From positions 1-64,000 of IMG/VR virus record IMGVR_UViG_3300020171_000004: a stretch of DNA of 64,000 bases. The stretch is one strand, 5' to 3'. Source of the stretch: a virus. Shown in pieces: positions 24,746 to 33,630 of the stretch. Below the pieces are notes generated by a model that saw only the letters and a list, made by a program, of their open reading frames with translations, did not search any database and was not told the DNA's origin. The translations under genes and the position numbers were made by a program. Position 1 is the stretch's first letter. Every line of letters begins with the position of its first letter.

Positions 24746-24943
24746 ATGACCAAACAAGAACTTCAAAAACGCAAACGCCAGACATCAGTAGCCAAAGACT
24801 ATCAAGAATTTTCTCACCGCCTTAAAATGAGTGGCTGGAATCAACCTTCAGCAGACTGGAAACTACGCCTTGAAGCCCTCGTTCAGTTCCATCCATCCCA
24901 TTCAACCAGACAAATACTCAATCGAGCAAAGTTAGCATCATAA
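24746..24943 (+). CDS. Hypothetical early protein, 65 aa
   Basis: An intact ATG ORF with an AAAGGA RBS. Confidence 0.45.
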   Translation: MTKQELQKRKRQTSVAKDYQEFSHRLKMSGWNQPSADWKLRLEALVQFHPSHSTRQILNRAKLAS

Positions 24944-24957
24944 CCAAGGAGCTAAGC

Positions 24958-25161
24958 ATGAATAGAGAAACTCATATTTGTTATATCAATACTCATACAA
25001 ATGAATATGTTAGTATGAAAGTTAGTTCATTATATGCAGATAGAATGATTAAAGATCTTGAAGATCAGGGGAGTCTAGTTTCAATGTTCTCTGATAGATA
25101 CTGGCAAGGAGATAAATGGACTGAAGGTTATCTCAGAAAGCAGTTAAAAGAGTCATCATAG
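24958..25161 (+). CDS. Hypothetical early protein, 67 aa
   Basis: An intact ATG ORF with an AAGGAG RBS. Confidence 0.45.
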   Translation: MNRETHICYINTHTNEYVSMKVSSLYADRMIKDLEDQGSLVSMFSDRYWQGDKWTEGYLRKQLKESS

Positions 25162-25169
25162 AGTAGATT

Positions 25170-25376
25170 ATGAAAGCAAAACTGCAATCATTCAAATTCA
25201 AAGTCACTTTCACTAACCATGACCCAATGGCAACATGCAGGTGCTCAGTGAATCAAACTGAAATCTTCACTATCAAAGACTACTACGAATCACTTGCCCG
25301 AAATAAATTATATTTCAAACTTTTCAACCAATTAAAACTCGAAGATATCACCTTCAAAATTGAACCTATCAACTAA
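25170..25376 (+). CDS. Hypothetical early protein, 68 aa
   Basis: An intact ATG ORF, tightly spaced with its neighbours. Confidence 0.45.
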   Translation: MKAKLQSFKFKVTFTNHDPMATCRCSVNQTEIFTIKDYYESLARNKLYFKLFNQLKLEDITFKIEPIN

Positions 25377-25388
25377 GGACTTCTAATC

Positions 25389-25622
25389 ATGCCAGACTGC
25401 AAATTTTGTTTTCAACCAACTAACTATACTTACCGAGATTCACGAATCAGCAACCATGACATGAATCTAGTCAATTATTGCAGCACTTGCAGTGCTAATC
25501 GTGATTACTTGTCAATCAGTTCAATATTCGGCCCAAAGCTAACTCCTATCATCGAAACAACTATCAAGCCAATCGAACCAGCACATGACCAATATCTCAA
25601 CAGACCAAGGAATGATCGATGA
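25389..25622 (+). CDS. Cys-rich early protein, 77 aa
   Basis: CKFC...CSTC cysteine pairs. Confidence 0.45.
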   Translation: MPDCKFCFQPTNYTYRDSRISNHDMNLVNYCSTCSANRDYLSISSIFGPKLTPIIETTIKPIEPAHDQYLNRPRNDR

Positions 25623-25803
25623 AAAAGCAGACTATCAAGCATCTTTATTCTGGCTTCGTCATATTCATCATCATCCCAGTGCTCTTCATACTTGCTGGCA
25701 TAATCGAGCAAATACCATGAACAAACTCGTCATTTTAGGCTTATATCTTTGGGCTTGTATCATCATACTGTCTGGAATCATCTTTTCATCAATCAACTTC
25801 TAA
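25585..25803 (+). CDS. Small protein with a C-terminal TM segment (start uncertain)
   Basis: The C-terminus is MNKLVILGLYLWACIIILSGIIFSSINF. Alternative ATGs lie at 25612 and 25717. It overlaps the previous gene. Confidence 0.3.
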   Translation: MTNISTDQGMIDEKADYQASLFWLRHIHHHPSALHTCWHNRANTMNKLVILGLYLWACIIILSGIIFSSINF

Positions 25804-25823
25804 CCTTAAATAAAGGAATAAAA

Positions 25824-26144
25824 ATGAACACTAAAACAATTGGAACAAAAGTAAAAGTTCTTGATGGAAGTTATGCTGTCAGAGTAGATCAATATGAAGA
25901 ACATTCTCATATTGGTCTATGTAAAGATATTTTTGAAATAATTCAATTAAAAAATGATTATTTAAAAACAAAAAGCTTTGGTACAACTGTTCATGATATA
26001 ATTATTCAAAATACTGTAAATAAGCAGATTTATTTACATACTTCATCATTAGTAATACCAATAAAGGTAAAACAAATCAGTAGAAAAGAAGCAAAAGAAA
26101 TGCTAAGAGAAAATTATCAACAAGAATTTGAAATCATTGATTAA
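25824..26144 (+). CDS. Hypothetical early protein, 106 aa
   Basis: Start moved to ATG 25824 (AAAGGA upstream). Confidence 0.5.
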   Translation: MNTKTIGTKVKVLDGSYAVRVDQYEEHSHIGLCKDIFEIIQLKNDYLKTKSFGTTVHDIIIQNTVNKQIYLHTSSLVIPIKVKQISRKEAKEMLRENYQQEFEIID

Positions 26145-26163
26145 TAAAGGGGCAAAAAATCAA

Positions 26164-26352
26164 ATGTCAGAAACAATCAAAGAAATACTCATGGAACGAG
26201 ACAATATGTCAGAAAAAGGTGCAAATGATCTTATATCAGAAGCTCGTGAAGTCTTACAAGAATACCTAGCAAACAATGATCAAAACAAAGCATACAATAT
26301 CTGTGAAGAATACTTTGGCCTTGAACCAGATTACTTATATGAATTGCTTTAA
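26164..26352 (+). CDS. Hypothetical early protein, 62 aa
   Basis: Start moved to ATG 26164. The protein is helical and acidic (EEYFGLEPDYLYELL). Confidence 0.45.
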   Translation: MSETIKEILMERDNMSEKGANDLISEAREVLQEYLANNDQNKAYNICEEYFGLEPDYLYELL

Positions 26353-26364
26353 AGGAGGTAAAAT

Positions 26365-26559
26365 ATGACAGATGATTGTGGATTAGTTTTTTGTGATACT
26401 TGTAGAGGAACAAAATTTAATCTTATTCAACATACAGAAAATGTTAAAATGCATTGTATTAAATGTGGAAGATTAGATATTATATATTGGAATGGTACTT
26501 CTGATTCATCTAAAGGCTCTATGAAAAGATTAGATACCTCAGAATGGATAAAAAGATAA
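26365..26559 (+). CDS. Zn-ribbon early protein, 64 aa
   Basis: CDTCRG...CIKCG pattern with an AGGAGG RBS. Confidence 0.45.
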   Translation: MTDDCGLVFCDTCRGTKFNLIQHTENVKMHCIKCGRLDIIYWNGTSDSSKGSMKRLDTSEWIKR

Positions 26560-26569
26560 TTACCAAACT

Positions 26570-26600
26570 AAGAGAATCAATTAGTCAACCTGATTCTCTT
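26570..26600 (+). other. 10-bp perfect hairpin
   Basis: aagagaatca / tgattctctt with an 11-nt loop, and no U-tract. It lies between genes 26365..26559 and 26645..27226. Confidence 0.5.
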
Positions 26601-26644
26601 GCTATGTTAATTAATCAACAAACAACCTCATCAGGAGCCTGAAC

Positions 26645-27226
26645 ATGGATTACATAATAAAAGAACGTTTAAACATGCCTGAAATCAGTGCCGCATCAAT
26701 AAACATGACTTACAATAGGCCAGATTTAATAAAGAAGCTAGAAACAACTAACCATACTCCTACAATCATGCAAACGTGCAAAACATGTTCCAAAGAATAC
26801 AATCAAACTCAAGCAACCAGATTGCTAGAAAAACTCCCAACCTTGCCAGACTTTGATTATCAAAACACTTGCTTAACCTGCATCAAGCAACAAAGTAGCA
26901 CAAGCAAAACATCAAAGTATCCAAACCTTAGTGAACTTAGAAAAAACCTTGACGAGCTAAACATCATCTACCAGCAAGCTTTTAATAAATGGAAGGCCGC
27001 ATCAAAAGAGTACAAAGCACTAGACTATCAAGAAAATATGCTCGTTTATGAACTGAATCAGCTTCAAGAAAAAGCTGCAAAATTAGCAACCAAGAAACAA
27101 TCGGCCAAACCATCAGCAACCAAAAAACCGACAAATTCAGCCTTAGTAATGCAAATCCTTGCAAACTTATCACCTGAACAACGAGAGGCAGTTTTAACTA
27201 ACTTAGCAAAACAATCAGCAAGTTAA
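26645..27226 (+). CDS. Early protein, 193 aa, with Cys pairs, a coiled coil and a C-terminal LSPEQREAVL tail
   Basis: GGAG RBS. It contains CKTC...CLTC, a basic Lys/Ser/Thr tract, and then ILANLSPEQREAVLTNLAKQSAS. Confidence 0.55.
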   Translation: MDYIIKERLNMPEISAASINMTYNRPDLIKKLETTNHTPTIMQTCKTCSKEYNQTQATRLLEKLPTLPDFDYQNTCLTCIKQQSSTSKTSKYPNLSELRKNLDELNIIYQQAFNKWKAASKEYKALDYQENMLVYELNQLQEKAAKLATKKQSAKPSATKKPTNSALVMQILANLSPEQREAVLTNLAKQSAS

Positions 27227-27243
27227 TCAATCTAGTCTCGGCT

Positions 27244-27257
27244 GTTCATAATTGAAC
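27244..27257. repeat. GTTCA-N4-TGAAC palindrome, copy b
   Basis: The sequence gcTGTTCAtaatTGAACAac lies 18 nt 3' of the stop of 26645..27226. Confidence 0.8.
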
Positions 27258-27295
27258 AACCTCAGCAAGCTAACTAACCAGTCAGGAGCCAAAAA

Positions 27296-27559
27296 ATGAA
27301 AAGCATCAGAGTAACTATTAGATTAACACCATATCAACTAGCACGCGGCCTACAAACAATCAGGCAGCTCAAACCAGATTACAAATTAATCAGTATCAAT
27401 GATCTTGTCAAAACAATCTATCAGATTTATTTAACTAAAGATATTATGAATAAGTCTGATGAAGTCCCAACTAGCCTCTTAGAGGAAATCCTAAGCTTCT
27501 CAAACAAATCAGCTGAAAAGCAAATAACTCTGCAAGACTTACTCAACATTAAAAACTAA
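27296..27559 (+). CDS. RHH-like early protein, 87 aa (paralogue family)
   Basis: MKSIRVTIRLTPYQLARGLQTIRQLKP parallels the N-terminus of 23846..24433. Confidence 0.5.
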   Translation: MKSIRVTIRLTPYQLARGLQTIRQLKPDYKLISINDLVKTIYQIYLTKDIMNKSDEVPTSLLEEILSFSNKSAEKQITLQDLLNIKN

Positions 27560-27577
27560 CTTATAAGGAATCTTACT

Positions 27578-27775
27578 ATGAAAAAATTATCTTATTCAGT
27601 TCTATCAACACATAAATGCTCTCGTTGCAGCAAGCCACTCAAACAAAACCTAATCGACCGAAAATCACATGCAACACTTTGTTACAAGTGCTTTCGTATT
27701 TCAAATGGCAAGCCAGCACATCATGTAGCACATAGAAAAAGAGTTGATCTGAACTTATCAGTACATGGAATTTAA
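27578..27775 (+). CDS. Zn-ribbon early protein, 65 aa
   Basis: CSRCSK...CYKCF pattern. Confidence 0.45.
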   Translation: MKKLSYSVLSTHKCSRCSKPLKQNLIDRKSHATLCYKCFRISNGKPAHHVAHRKRVDLNLSVHGI

Positions 27776-28025
27776 TATGAAAGAAAAACTAAAAAGTTTC
27801 CTCATTAAAAAAGGCTTCAAACAACTTGATGACAAGACTCTCACAAGCACAAGAAACAAAAATGATTACAGAATTATCCTCAATGCACTAAGTATGCGCA
27901 TCGAGCGAAGGTTCTTGATCTATCAATGGAACAACATTAAAGAATATAAATGGTTCAGACTTCAATCTGGGTATTATACTGAAATTAGTATCATAGATGA
28001 AAAGATTCATGGAATGAAAAGATAA
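27765..28025 (+). CDS. Hypothetical early protein, 82-86 aa
   Basis: Track ORF. An alternative ATG at 27777 would remove the 11-nt overlap. Confidence 0.45.
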   Translation: MEFNMKEKLKSFLIKKGFKQLDDKTLTSTRNKNDYRIILNALSMRIERRFLIYQWNNIKEYKWFRLQSGYYTEISIIDEKIHGMKR

Positions 28026-28043
28026 TTTAACAAAGGAACTAAC

Positions 28044-28271
28044 ATGTCAAACAATAAAGCAAGAACTATATCAACTAGAGTTACTCTTGGCGAATTTTCC
28101 AAAGCCCGTGATGGCCTAATCGCTAAGGGCATTCCAGAAGCAAAACTTATGTCAAACTCTAGCATCATGCGGGCAGCTATTCTTATGTGTTGCATCCTGA
28201 ACGAGAATCCTGAAAGCCCTGCAAGCCAGGAATCAACAGAGACAGTTCAGCAACTCTGGAAACTTAAGTGA
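28044..28271 (+). CDS. RHH-like early protein, 75 aa (distant paralogue)
   Basis: ISTRVTLGEFSKARDGLIAKG fits the same strand-helix pattern. Confidence 0.4.
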   Translation: MSNNKARTISTRVTLGEFSKARDGLIAKGIPEAKLMSNSSIMRAAILMCCILNENPESPASQESTETVQQLWKLK

Positions 28272-28279
28272 GGCAAATT

Positions 28280-28510
28280 ATGAAGATTAAAAAACCTATA
28301 ACACTTGTAATCCATCACGAACATGATTCAGGAGCTACAACAATAGTACCATCCGGATGGACTGGAAATTTTCACTTAATCATTGAAAATCCAGAGGACG
28401 GAGACTTGACATATGAATACTCATTTCATTCAAGAGAATGGCTTATTCTTAATATTAAAGATCCATTGTTAGATAAATTTCTAAATGCAGTAGATGAGAA
28501 TTATTTATAA
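28280..28510 (+). CDS. Hypothetical early protein, 76 aa
   Basis: Start moved to ATG 28280 (GTGAGG 6 nt upstream). Confidence 0.45.
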   Translation: MKIKKPITLVIHHEHDSGATTIVPSGWTGNFHLIIENPEDGDLTYEYSFHSREWLILNIKDPLLDKFLNAVDENYL

Positions 28511-28520
28511 GGAGAATCAC

Positions 28521-28826
28521 ATGCACACAAAAGAAGTAATCAGACGCCTGCACTTAATGGCAGATACGATTGAAAATTTAGAAATCACTGACATCCTTAG
28601 CTGTAATCTTGATTATGACCTAGCAATGTCAGTTCACGTAGAAGAGTTAACTCTTTCAGGAGTTGAAGCTACATGGACATCTCGTCTTTGTTCTGCTTTT
28701 GAATGGGAAAAATCTTTCATCGAGAATGATATCAAATTTTATGCCTTATATACTGAAGAAGAATACAATCAAGAAAAATATCAGTGGGTTGAATATTCAC
28801 CTTTACTTAATGATAAAAAATCATGA
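28521..28826 (+). CDS. Hypothetical early protein, 101 aa
   Basis: Start moved to ATG 28521 (AAGGAG upstream). Confidence 0.45.
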   Translation: MHTKEVIRRLHLMADTIENLEITDILSCNLDYDLAMSVHVEELTLSGVEATWTSRLCSAFEWEKSFIENDIKFYALYTEEEYNQEKYQWVEYSPLLNDKKS

Positions 28827-29098
28827 ACAATGATAAACAAATAATACAAGCATTATTAGAAATTATTGATAGTTATGATAATAATGATGTCTCTAAAGAT
28901 TTAATTATTGCTCATTATAAAGAATTTGATTGCAGTATTATAATAAAATTATCAACTAAAGGAGAAGCTAATAAAAATACTCCATTCTACTTTGGAAATA
29001 TATATACATGTATTATTAAAGAATATTGGGCTGATAATAATTTAATACATGCTGATATGTTGTATAGTTTGAGCCCACATAGCATTATAAAGGAATAA
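28823..29098 (+). CDS. Hypothetical early protein, 91 aa
   Basis: ATGA overlap with the previous gene. Confidence 0.45.
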   Translation: MNNDKQIIQALLEIIDSYDNNDVSKDLIIAHYKEFDCSIIIKLSTKGEANKNTPFYFGNIYTCIIKEYWADNNLIHADMLYSLSPHSIIKE

Positions 29099-29100
29099 TT

Positions 29101-29499
29101 ATGCAAATCAAATTAAATAACGGAACTTATGACGATTGTTCAATCAAAATATGTAAGTATCCAAACAATCGACCAGCCCTTGTACTTTATCACGAAGGAG
29201 AAATACTACTAATAGCAACAGTAAACATGCCAGATGTTGAAATTCCTGATGGATATGTTTGCATAAAAGACTGGAGTGAGAATGAAGGTATCTTAACAAG
29301 TCTTATTGAGAACAAAATCATTAAGCCACCTAAATTTCACATTCCAACAGAATATGTTAATATAAGTGTATGTAAACTAAAAAAAATTTTTATCAAATTA
29401 ATTCTAAGGAATAATTATGAAAGAAAGAATAGTAGTTTATACATTATGCCTAATAGTCATTGTTATTTTTTGGGGAAGTATTTGGATATGGATTGCTAA
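29101..29499 (+). CDS. DUF4313-like early protein candidate, 132 aa
   Basis: IKICKYPNNRPALVLY...IATVNMPD...CIKDWSENEGILTSLIENKII resembles the DUF4313 pattern (cKY..N..AL, TVNl, D.N.nG...L.en) from memory. The last 30 or so aa look non-native. Confidence 0.4.
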   Translation: MQIKLNNGTYDDCSIKICKYPNNRPALVLYHEGEILLIATVNMPDVEIPDGYVCIKDWSENEGILTSLIENKIIKPPKFHIPTEYVNISVCKLKKIFIKLILRNNYERKNSSLYIMPNSHCYFLGKYLDMDC

Positions 29500-29512
29500 A
29501 GCATTATCATGA
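29417..29512 (+). CDS. Tiny TM peptide, 31 aa, overlapping the tail of 29101..29499 out of frame (speculative)
   Basis: AAGGA lies 6 nt before the ATG. Hand-translated as MKERIVVYTLCLIVIVIFWGSIWIWIAKALS. Confidence 0.3.
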   Translation: MKERIVVYTLCLIVIVIFWGSIWIWIAKALS

Positions 29513-29519
29513 GGAAATC

Positions 29520-29759
29520 ATGTCAATTGAAGAATACATCAAACTGATAAATGATTTAAGAAAAAAGAACAAGAATCAGTGGGTACAAAAGAGAGTTCCT
29601 AATGTTCATGGAAAAGTTGTCAGAATCAAATTTTATAATACTTGGATTCAAATACTTTCAATCGAGGATAGCATCAAATACTCTAACACAATGGATTGCA
29701 AAGTCAGCGAATTTACTAAATTTCTTCGTGAGACCTTGCGGGAGGAACTAGCAAAATGA
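29520..29759 (+). CDS. Hypothetical early protein, 79 aa
   Basis: Start moved to ATG 29520 (GAGGA upstream). Confidence 0.45.
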   Translation: MSIEEYIKLINDLRKKNKNQWVQKRVPNVHGKVVRIKFYNTWIQILSIEDSIKYSNTMDCKVSEFTKFLRETLREELAK

Positions 29760-29968
29760 TGAAAACAATAAAGAATATCCACATCATTTGCAATAATGAT
29801 AGTTTGCAATTTGTAGTAATCGGAGATGAAAGTATTGCCTTGGAAAAATTAGAAGAACTTAAAAAAACTTATTATGAGGATAATAAATATCAATTTACTT
29901 CTGAAAAATCTTATGATTTAAGCAGTTACTGGCATATTCATACACTTGATGGTTTAATTGAAGAATAA
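29756..29968 (+). CDS. Hypothetical early protein, 70 aa
   Basis: ATGA overlap with the previous gene. Confidence 0.45.
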   Translation: MMKTIKNIHIICNNDSLQFVVIGDESIALEKLEELKKTYYEDNKYQFTSEKSYDLSSYWHIHTLDGLIEE

Positions 29969-29991
29969 CAAGAACAGAATCCAATAGGTTA

Positions 29992-31548
29992 ATGATTATG
30001 ATGAAATATAAAGGAAAGATTTTAACAACTGAACAAGAAAATCATATCAACACAATAACTCAAGGTCGCAATCATGCCATCCAAGCACCGCCTGGATCAG
30101 GCAAGACATTTTTACTGCTAGCACTTGCTCGTAAGATGAAAGGTCATGGCTTATCAGTCAGTTTTAATAAGCTTTTAGCAATTGAAGCATCAAAGAAATT
30201 CACCTCAGCAGTTACTTGCAAAACTGGCCATGCGCTCGCTTATGGAGCAGTTGGCTTCAAATATCGCAAGCGATTAAAGAAACTCACAGGCAAACATCTT
30301 GCAGACAGCCGTGACATTGGAGATTGGCAACCATATAACAGTCCAAGTAATAAAGGTTACTTGATTCTGAGTACAATTAAAAAGTATTGCTATTCAGCAG
30401 ACCGAATAATCAGTTGGAAGCACTTGCCTCAGTTAACTATTCTTAATGATTCAGATATTAACTTGATGAAGGAAGATTTAGTCTTTAATGCACAAGCAAT
30501 CTTTGATGAAATGGCTAGCGAATCCTCTGATCTGCCAATTACGCATGATGTTTACTTAAAGATCTGGGCGTTAAGTAATCCTGTGCTTAACCAAGATTAC
30601 ATCTTTTTTGATGAATACCAAGACAGTAATCCAGTAATTGCACAAGTCATAAAACAACAAAGCTGTCAGAAAATCTTCGTTGGTGACCAATTCCAGCAAA
30701 TCTATGCTTGGCGAGGTGCAGTAAATGCCCTTCAAGATGAAAAATTAGCAAAACTTTACATTACACGAAGTTTTCGATTCGGTGATGAAATAGCAGGTTT
30801 GTCAAATAACATCATCAAGAGCTATTATCCGACTGATTTTGAGTATGTACCATTTTATGGCAATGATGCTATCCAATCACGAGTTTATTACACTCCGCTA
30901 AGCAATATTGATTGCATCATTTGCCGCACTAACAAAGGAGTTATCGGTGAAACTATCAAAACCTTAGGCCAGAATAAAACAGTTCACATCCTTGGAGGTA
31001 CTCAACCATTAACTTACCTGATAAACAGCATTTTCCAGCTTAAGATCAAAAACTATACGAATCACCCTGATTTGTTCTTGTTCACTAGCTTTGCTGATCT
31101 CAAAGAGTATGCAGATTCTCCAATGGGGGGAGACTTGAAGGCAGTCTTGAAACTGATTGAAACTTATGGCCGTGAGCGATTGCTGAATATATTAGAAAGC
31201 ACTACTGAATCTGCTGAAGAAGCAAGCGTGACCATAACTACAGCGCATAAGTCTAAGGGTCTTGAGTGGTCAGTAGTTAAGCTGGCAAATGATTTCAAAG
31301 TGCCTGGAGAAGGTTCAGTGCCTACTCAAGAAGAAACAAACATACTTTATGTTGCTGCCAGTAGAGCATTGCATAAACTTGATTTGAGCGAATGTCAGGC
31401 AACTTTTCCTGCAACCTTTCAATCAGCAATCCAGATCAATAAAGAAAAGTATCAAATTGCCAAAGCAACTGAAAGAGATATTAATAAGCAGTTTAAAGAA
31501 GTTGTAAGTAATAACATCAAAGATCTAAAAGATGATGTTCCATTCTGA
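29992..31548 (+). CDS. UvrD/Rep/PcrA-like superfamily 1 DNA helicase, 518 aa
   Basis: Motifs seen: Walker A APPGSGKTF, motif II FFDEYQDSNP, motif III QQIYAWRGA, TTAHKSKGLEW, and motif VI YVAASRA. Confidence 0.8.
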   Translation: MIMMKYKGKILTTEQENHINTITQGRNHAIQAPPGSGKTFLLLALARKMKGHGLSVSFNKLLAIEASKKFTSAVTCKTGHALAYGAVGFKYRKRLKKLTGKHLADSRDIGDWQPYNSPSNKGYLILSTIKKYCYSADRIISWKHLPQLTILNDSDINLMKEDLVFNAQAIFDEMASESSDLPITHDVYLKIWALSNPVLNQDYIFFDEYQDSNPVIAQVIKQQSCQKIFVGDQFQQIYAWRGAVNALQDEKLAKLYITRSFRFGDEIAGLSNNIIKSYYPTDFEYVPFYGNDAIQSRVYYTPLSNIDCIICRTNKGVIGETIKTLGQNKTVHILGGTQPLTYLINSIFQLKIKNYTNHPDLFLFTSFADLKEYADSPMGGDLKAVLKLIETYGRERLLNILESTTESAEEASVTITTAHKSKGLEWSVVKLANDFKVPGEGSVPTQEETNILYVAASRALHKLDLSECQATFPATFQSAIQINKEKYQIAKATERDINKQFKEVVSNNIKDLKDDVPF

Positions 31549-31561
31549 GGAGAATTAATTA

Positions 31562-31966
31562 ATGGAGATACAACAATTATCAATTGATGCAGATGGTAGT
31601 TCAGGTATTACTATAAAAGCTATTTTGAGTGAAGGATATTTTTGTGGTGAGTTTACCTTGAAAGAGAAAACACCACAGCCTATCTTTATCTCACCTTGGA
31701 TGCAGTTTGAACCTGCTAAAATGAATGATGAAAGGTTACAGATTGCACATGAAATTGTCCGTCGTGTATTAGCTCATGATGAACTGTTGAAACAGGTTGC
31801 ACAATTACAAAGTCGGCATGAACGTGATATGGATACTTATGCACGTAAATGTGAAACAATAAATACTACGAATAATATGTGGAGAGCTGACAGAGTTAAG
31901 GCAGGATTACCTGCTGACTTTAGTGATATTAAAGAATGGCCACCAGAAATGATGAGCAATTATTAA
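31562..31966 (+). CDS. Hypothetical protein, 134 aa
   Basis: An intact ATG ORF with a GAGGAG RBS. Confidence 0.45.
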   Translation: MEIQQLSIDADGSSGITIKAILSEGYFCGEFTLKEKTPQPIFISPWMQFEPAKMNDERLQIAHEIVRRVLAHDELLKQVAQLQSRHERDMDTYARKCETINTTNNMWRADRVKAGLPADFSDIKEWPPEMMSNY

Positions 31967-31998
31967 TTTTATAGTATAATTTAATTAATGAGGTTAAT

Positions 31999-32295
31999 AT
32001 GAAAACTTTAAATGATAAATTAACAGAAAAAGCTACTTTGGAATGTAGTAACTTGTATTACAATACTATACAAAGATTTATTAGGAATTTTATGTCTACT
32101 TTTAATATTCCAGAAGATGTTATGAGGAAAAATCCTTTATTGCAACCTCTTTGGAATATGCAGTATTCCTCAGGCAGTTCTACACAAATGCTTGAAATAA
32201 TTACGCCTCTTTATGTGGATAATTATTTAAATGATTTTTGTAAGAAAGTAGAAGAAATGCAAGAAATGCTTGAGGATCATTTAAATGATAATTGA
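31999..32295 (+). CDS. Hypothetical protein, 98 aa
   Basis: An intact ATG ORF with a GAGG RBS. Confidence 0.45.
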   Translation: MKTLNDKLTEKATLECSNLYYNTIQRFIRNFMSTFNIPEDVMRKNPLLQPLWNMQYSSGSSTQMLEIITPLYVDNYLNDFCKKVEEMQEMLEDHLNDN

Positions 32296-32418
32296 ACTTT
32301 TTCTATGGTCAATGCTAACAACCAGTATTCAGACTTATGCTTTTTGCCTTGAGCAAGTTATTTATATTCAAGCAGATCAAAAGAAAGTTTACTTAATACT
32401 TGAAGAGGAGCCTTAATC

Positions 32419-32766
32419 ATGATTAAGCGATTTCGTGCATGGGATGCAATAGAAAAAGAATACTGGTATGCTGATGAAAATTTGCTATTTATTAATGGCG
32501 CAAAAGCACTTGAACTCAGATTGACATCATTCGAATTAACAGATGTTGAACAATATATCTGTAAGATTGATTCAAGAGGTGTCATGATTTATGAAAATGA
32601 TCTCATTAAAAGCACTACTCAATCAACTGATAGGATTTATCAAGTTGTCTGGTCTGTCATGGAATGTGGCTTTCGTAAGGTTCCTTACGGGTTGCCTTAT
32701 CCAGAAACCAAAATTGATGAAGCGTTTACAGAAGTCATTGGGACAATTCACTCACAAAAAGGATAA
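32419..32766 (+). CDS. YopX-family protein, 115 aa
   Basis: The pattern RFRAWD...IYENDLI...EVIGTIH is characteristic of YopX. Confidence 0.6.
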   Translation: MIKRFRAWDAIEKEYWYADENLLFINGAKALELRLTSFELTDVEQYICKIDSRGVMIYENDLIKSTTQSTDRIYQVVWSVMECGFRKVPYGLPYPETKIDEAFTEVIGTIHSQKG

Positions 32767-32910
32767 GGAGGAAGCTGAAAATAAAAAAGGTTTAAAGGTG
32801 AAAGAAAGTTGTTGCTTTTGTTGGTCGGGTGTGTTATTGTTTTTTTCATGGTTATGAAAAACCCGAATTTTCCCTGATGCCCCTTTTAAGCCCTTTTGAG
32901 ACTAAATGCC

Positions 32911-33555
32911 ATGAATGAAAAAACTGACCAACAATTATTAAAGGAAGAATATGATTACCTTCCTGAAACTGGTTTGTTACTATCTAAAAGAACCGGTAAA
33001 CCTGTAGGTCAGTTTTATAAATCAGGTTATTTAGTACATCATTTTAAAAATAAGCCTTGCAATGTTCATAGATTAATTTATTGTTGGTATCATGGTTATT
33101 TCCCAGAACATCATGTAGATCATATTAATCAGTGTAAAGTAGATAATAGGATAATCAATCTTAGGGAAGTAACTCCTGCATGTAATTCAAAAAATGTAAA
33201 TCTTCGAATAAATAGTGTTTCAGCTGTTTGTGGTGTAAGAAAAGATCGTTATTCTGATAAATGGAGTGTTAGAATTAGTCATAATAATGAGCATATATTT
33301 ATTGGGCAATTTACACACTTCATCAATGCTGTTAAGGCACGATATTATGCAGAGGAACTGTTTGGTTATACTAGATGTAATCCGGTTAGTACTGCGGCTG
33401 AATATTTAATGAAAAATTTAAATAAGGAGGATATTGATGAACAAGATTTGCCAGCAGTGAAAACAGTTAGTGGCGAATGGGATTATTTTTGTTTAGCTAA
33501 AAAAGAAAAAATTTATGAAAAAGCCCTGAAGTTAGGTGTTATTAAAGATACATAA
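32911..33555 (+). CDS. HNH homing endonuclease with an AP2-type DNA-binding domain
   Basis: VHRLIYCWYHGYFPEHHVDHINQCKVDNRIINLREVTPACNSKN (HNH) followed by GVRKDRYSDKWSVRISHNNEHIFIGQF (AP2-like). The start is taken at ATG 32911. Confidence 0.75.
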   Translation: MNEKTDQQLLKEEYDYLPETGLLLSKRTGKPVGQFYKSGYLVHHFKNKPCNVHRLIYCWYHGYFPEHHVDHINQCKVDNRIINLREVTPACNSKNVNLRINSVSAVCGVRKDRYSDKWSVRISHNNEHIFIGQFTHFINAVKARYYAEELFGYTRCNPVSTAAEYLMKNLNKEDIDEQDLPAVKTVSGEWDYFCLAKKEKIYEKALKLGVIKDT

Positions 33556-33630
33556 TTTATTTGTAGGTAGTAAGCCTACAGGTCAACGGGCATTTAGCCC
33601 AAGTTATTAATCCTTATAAGGAGATTCAAA

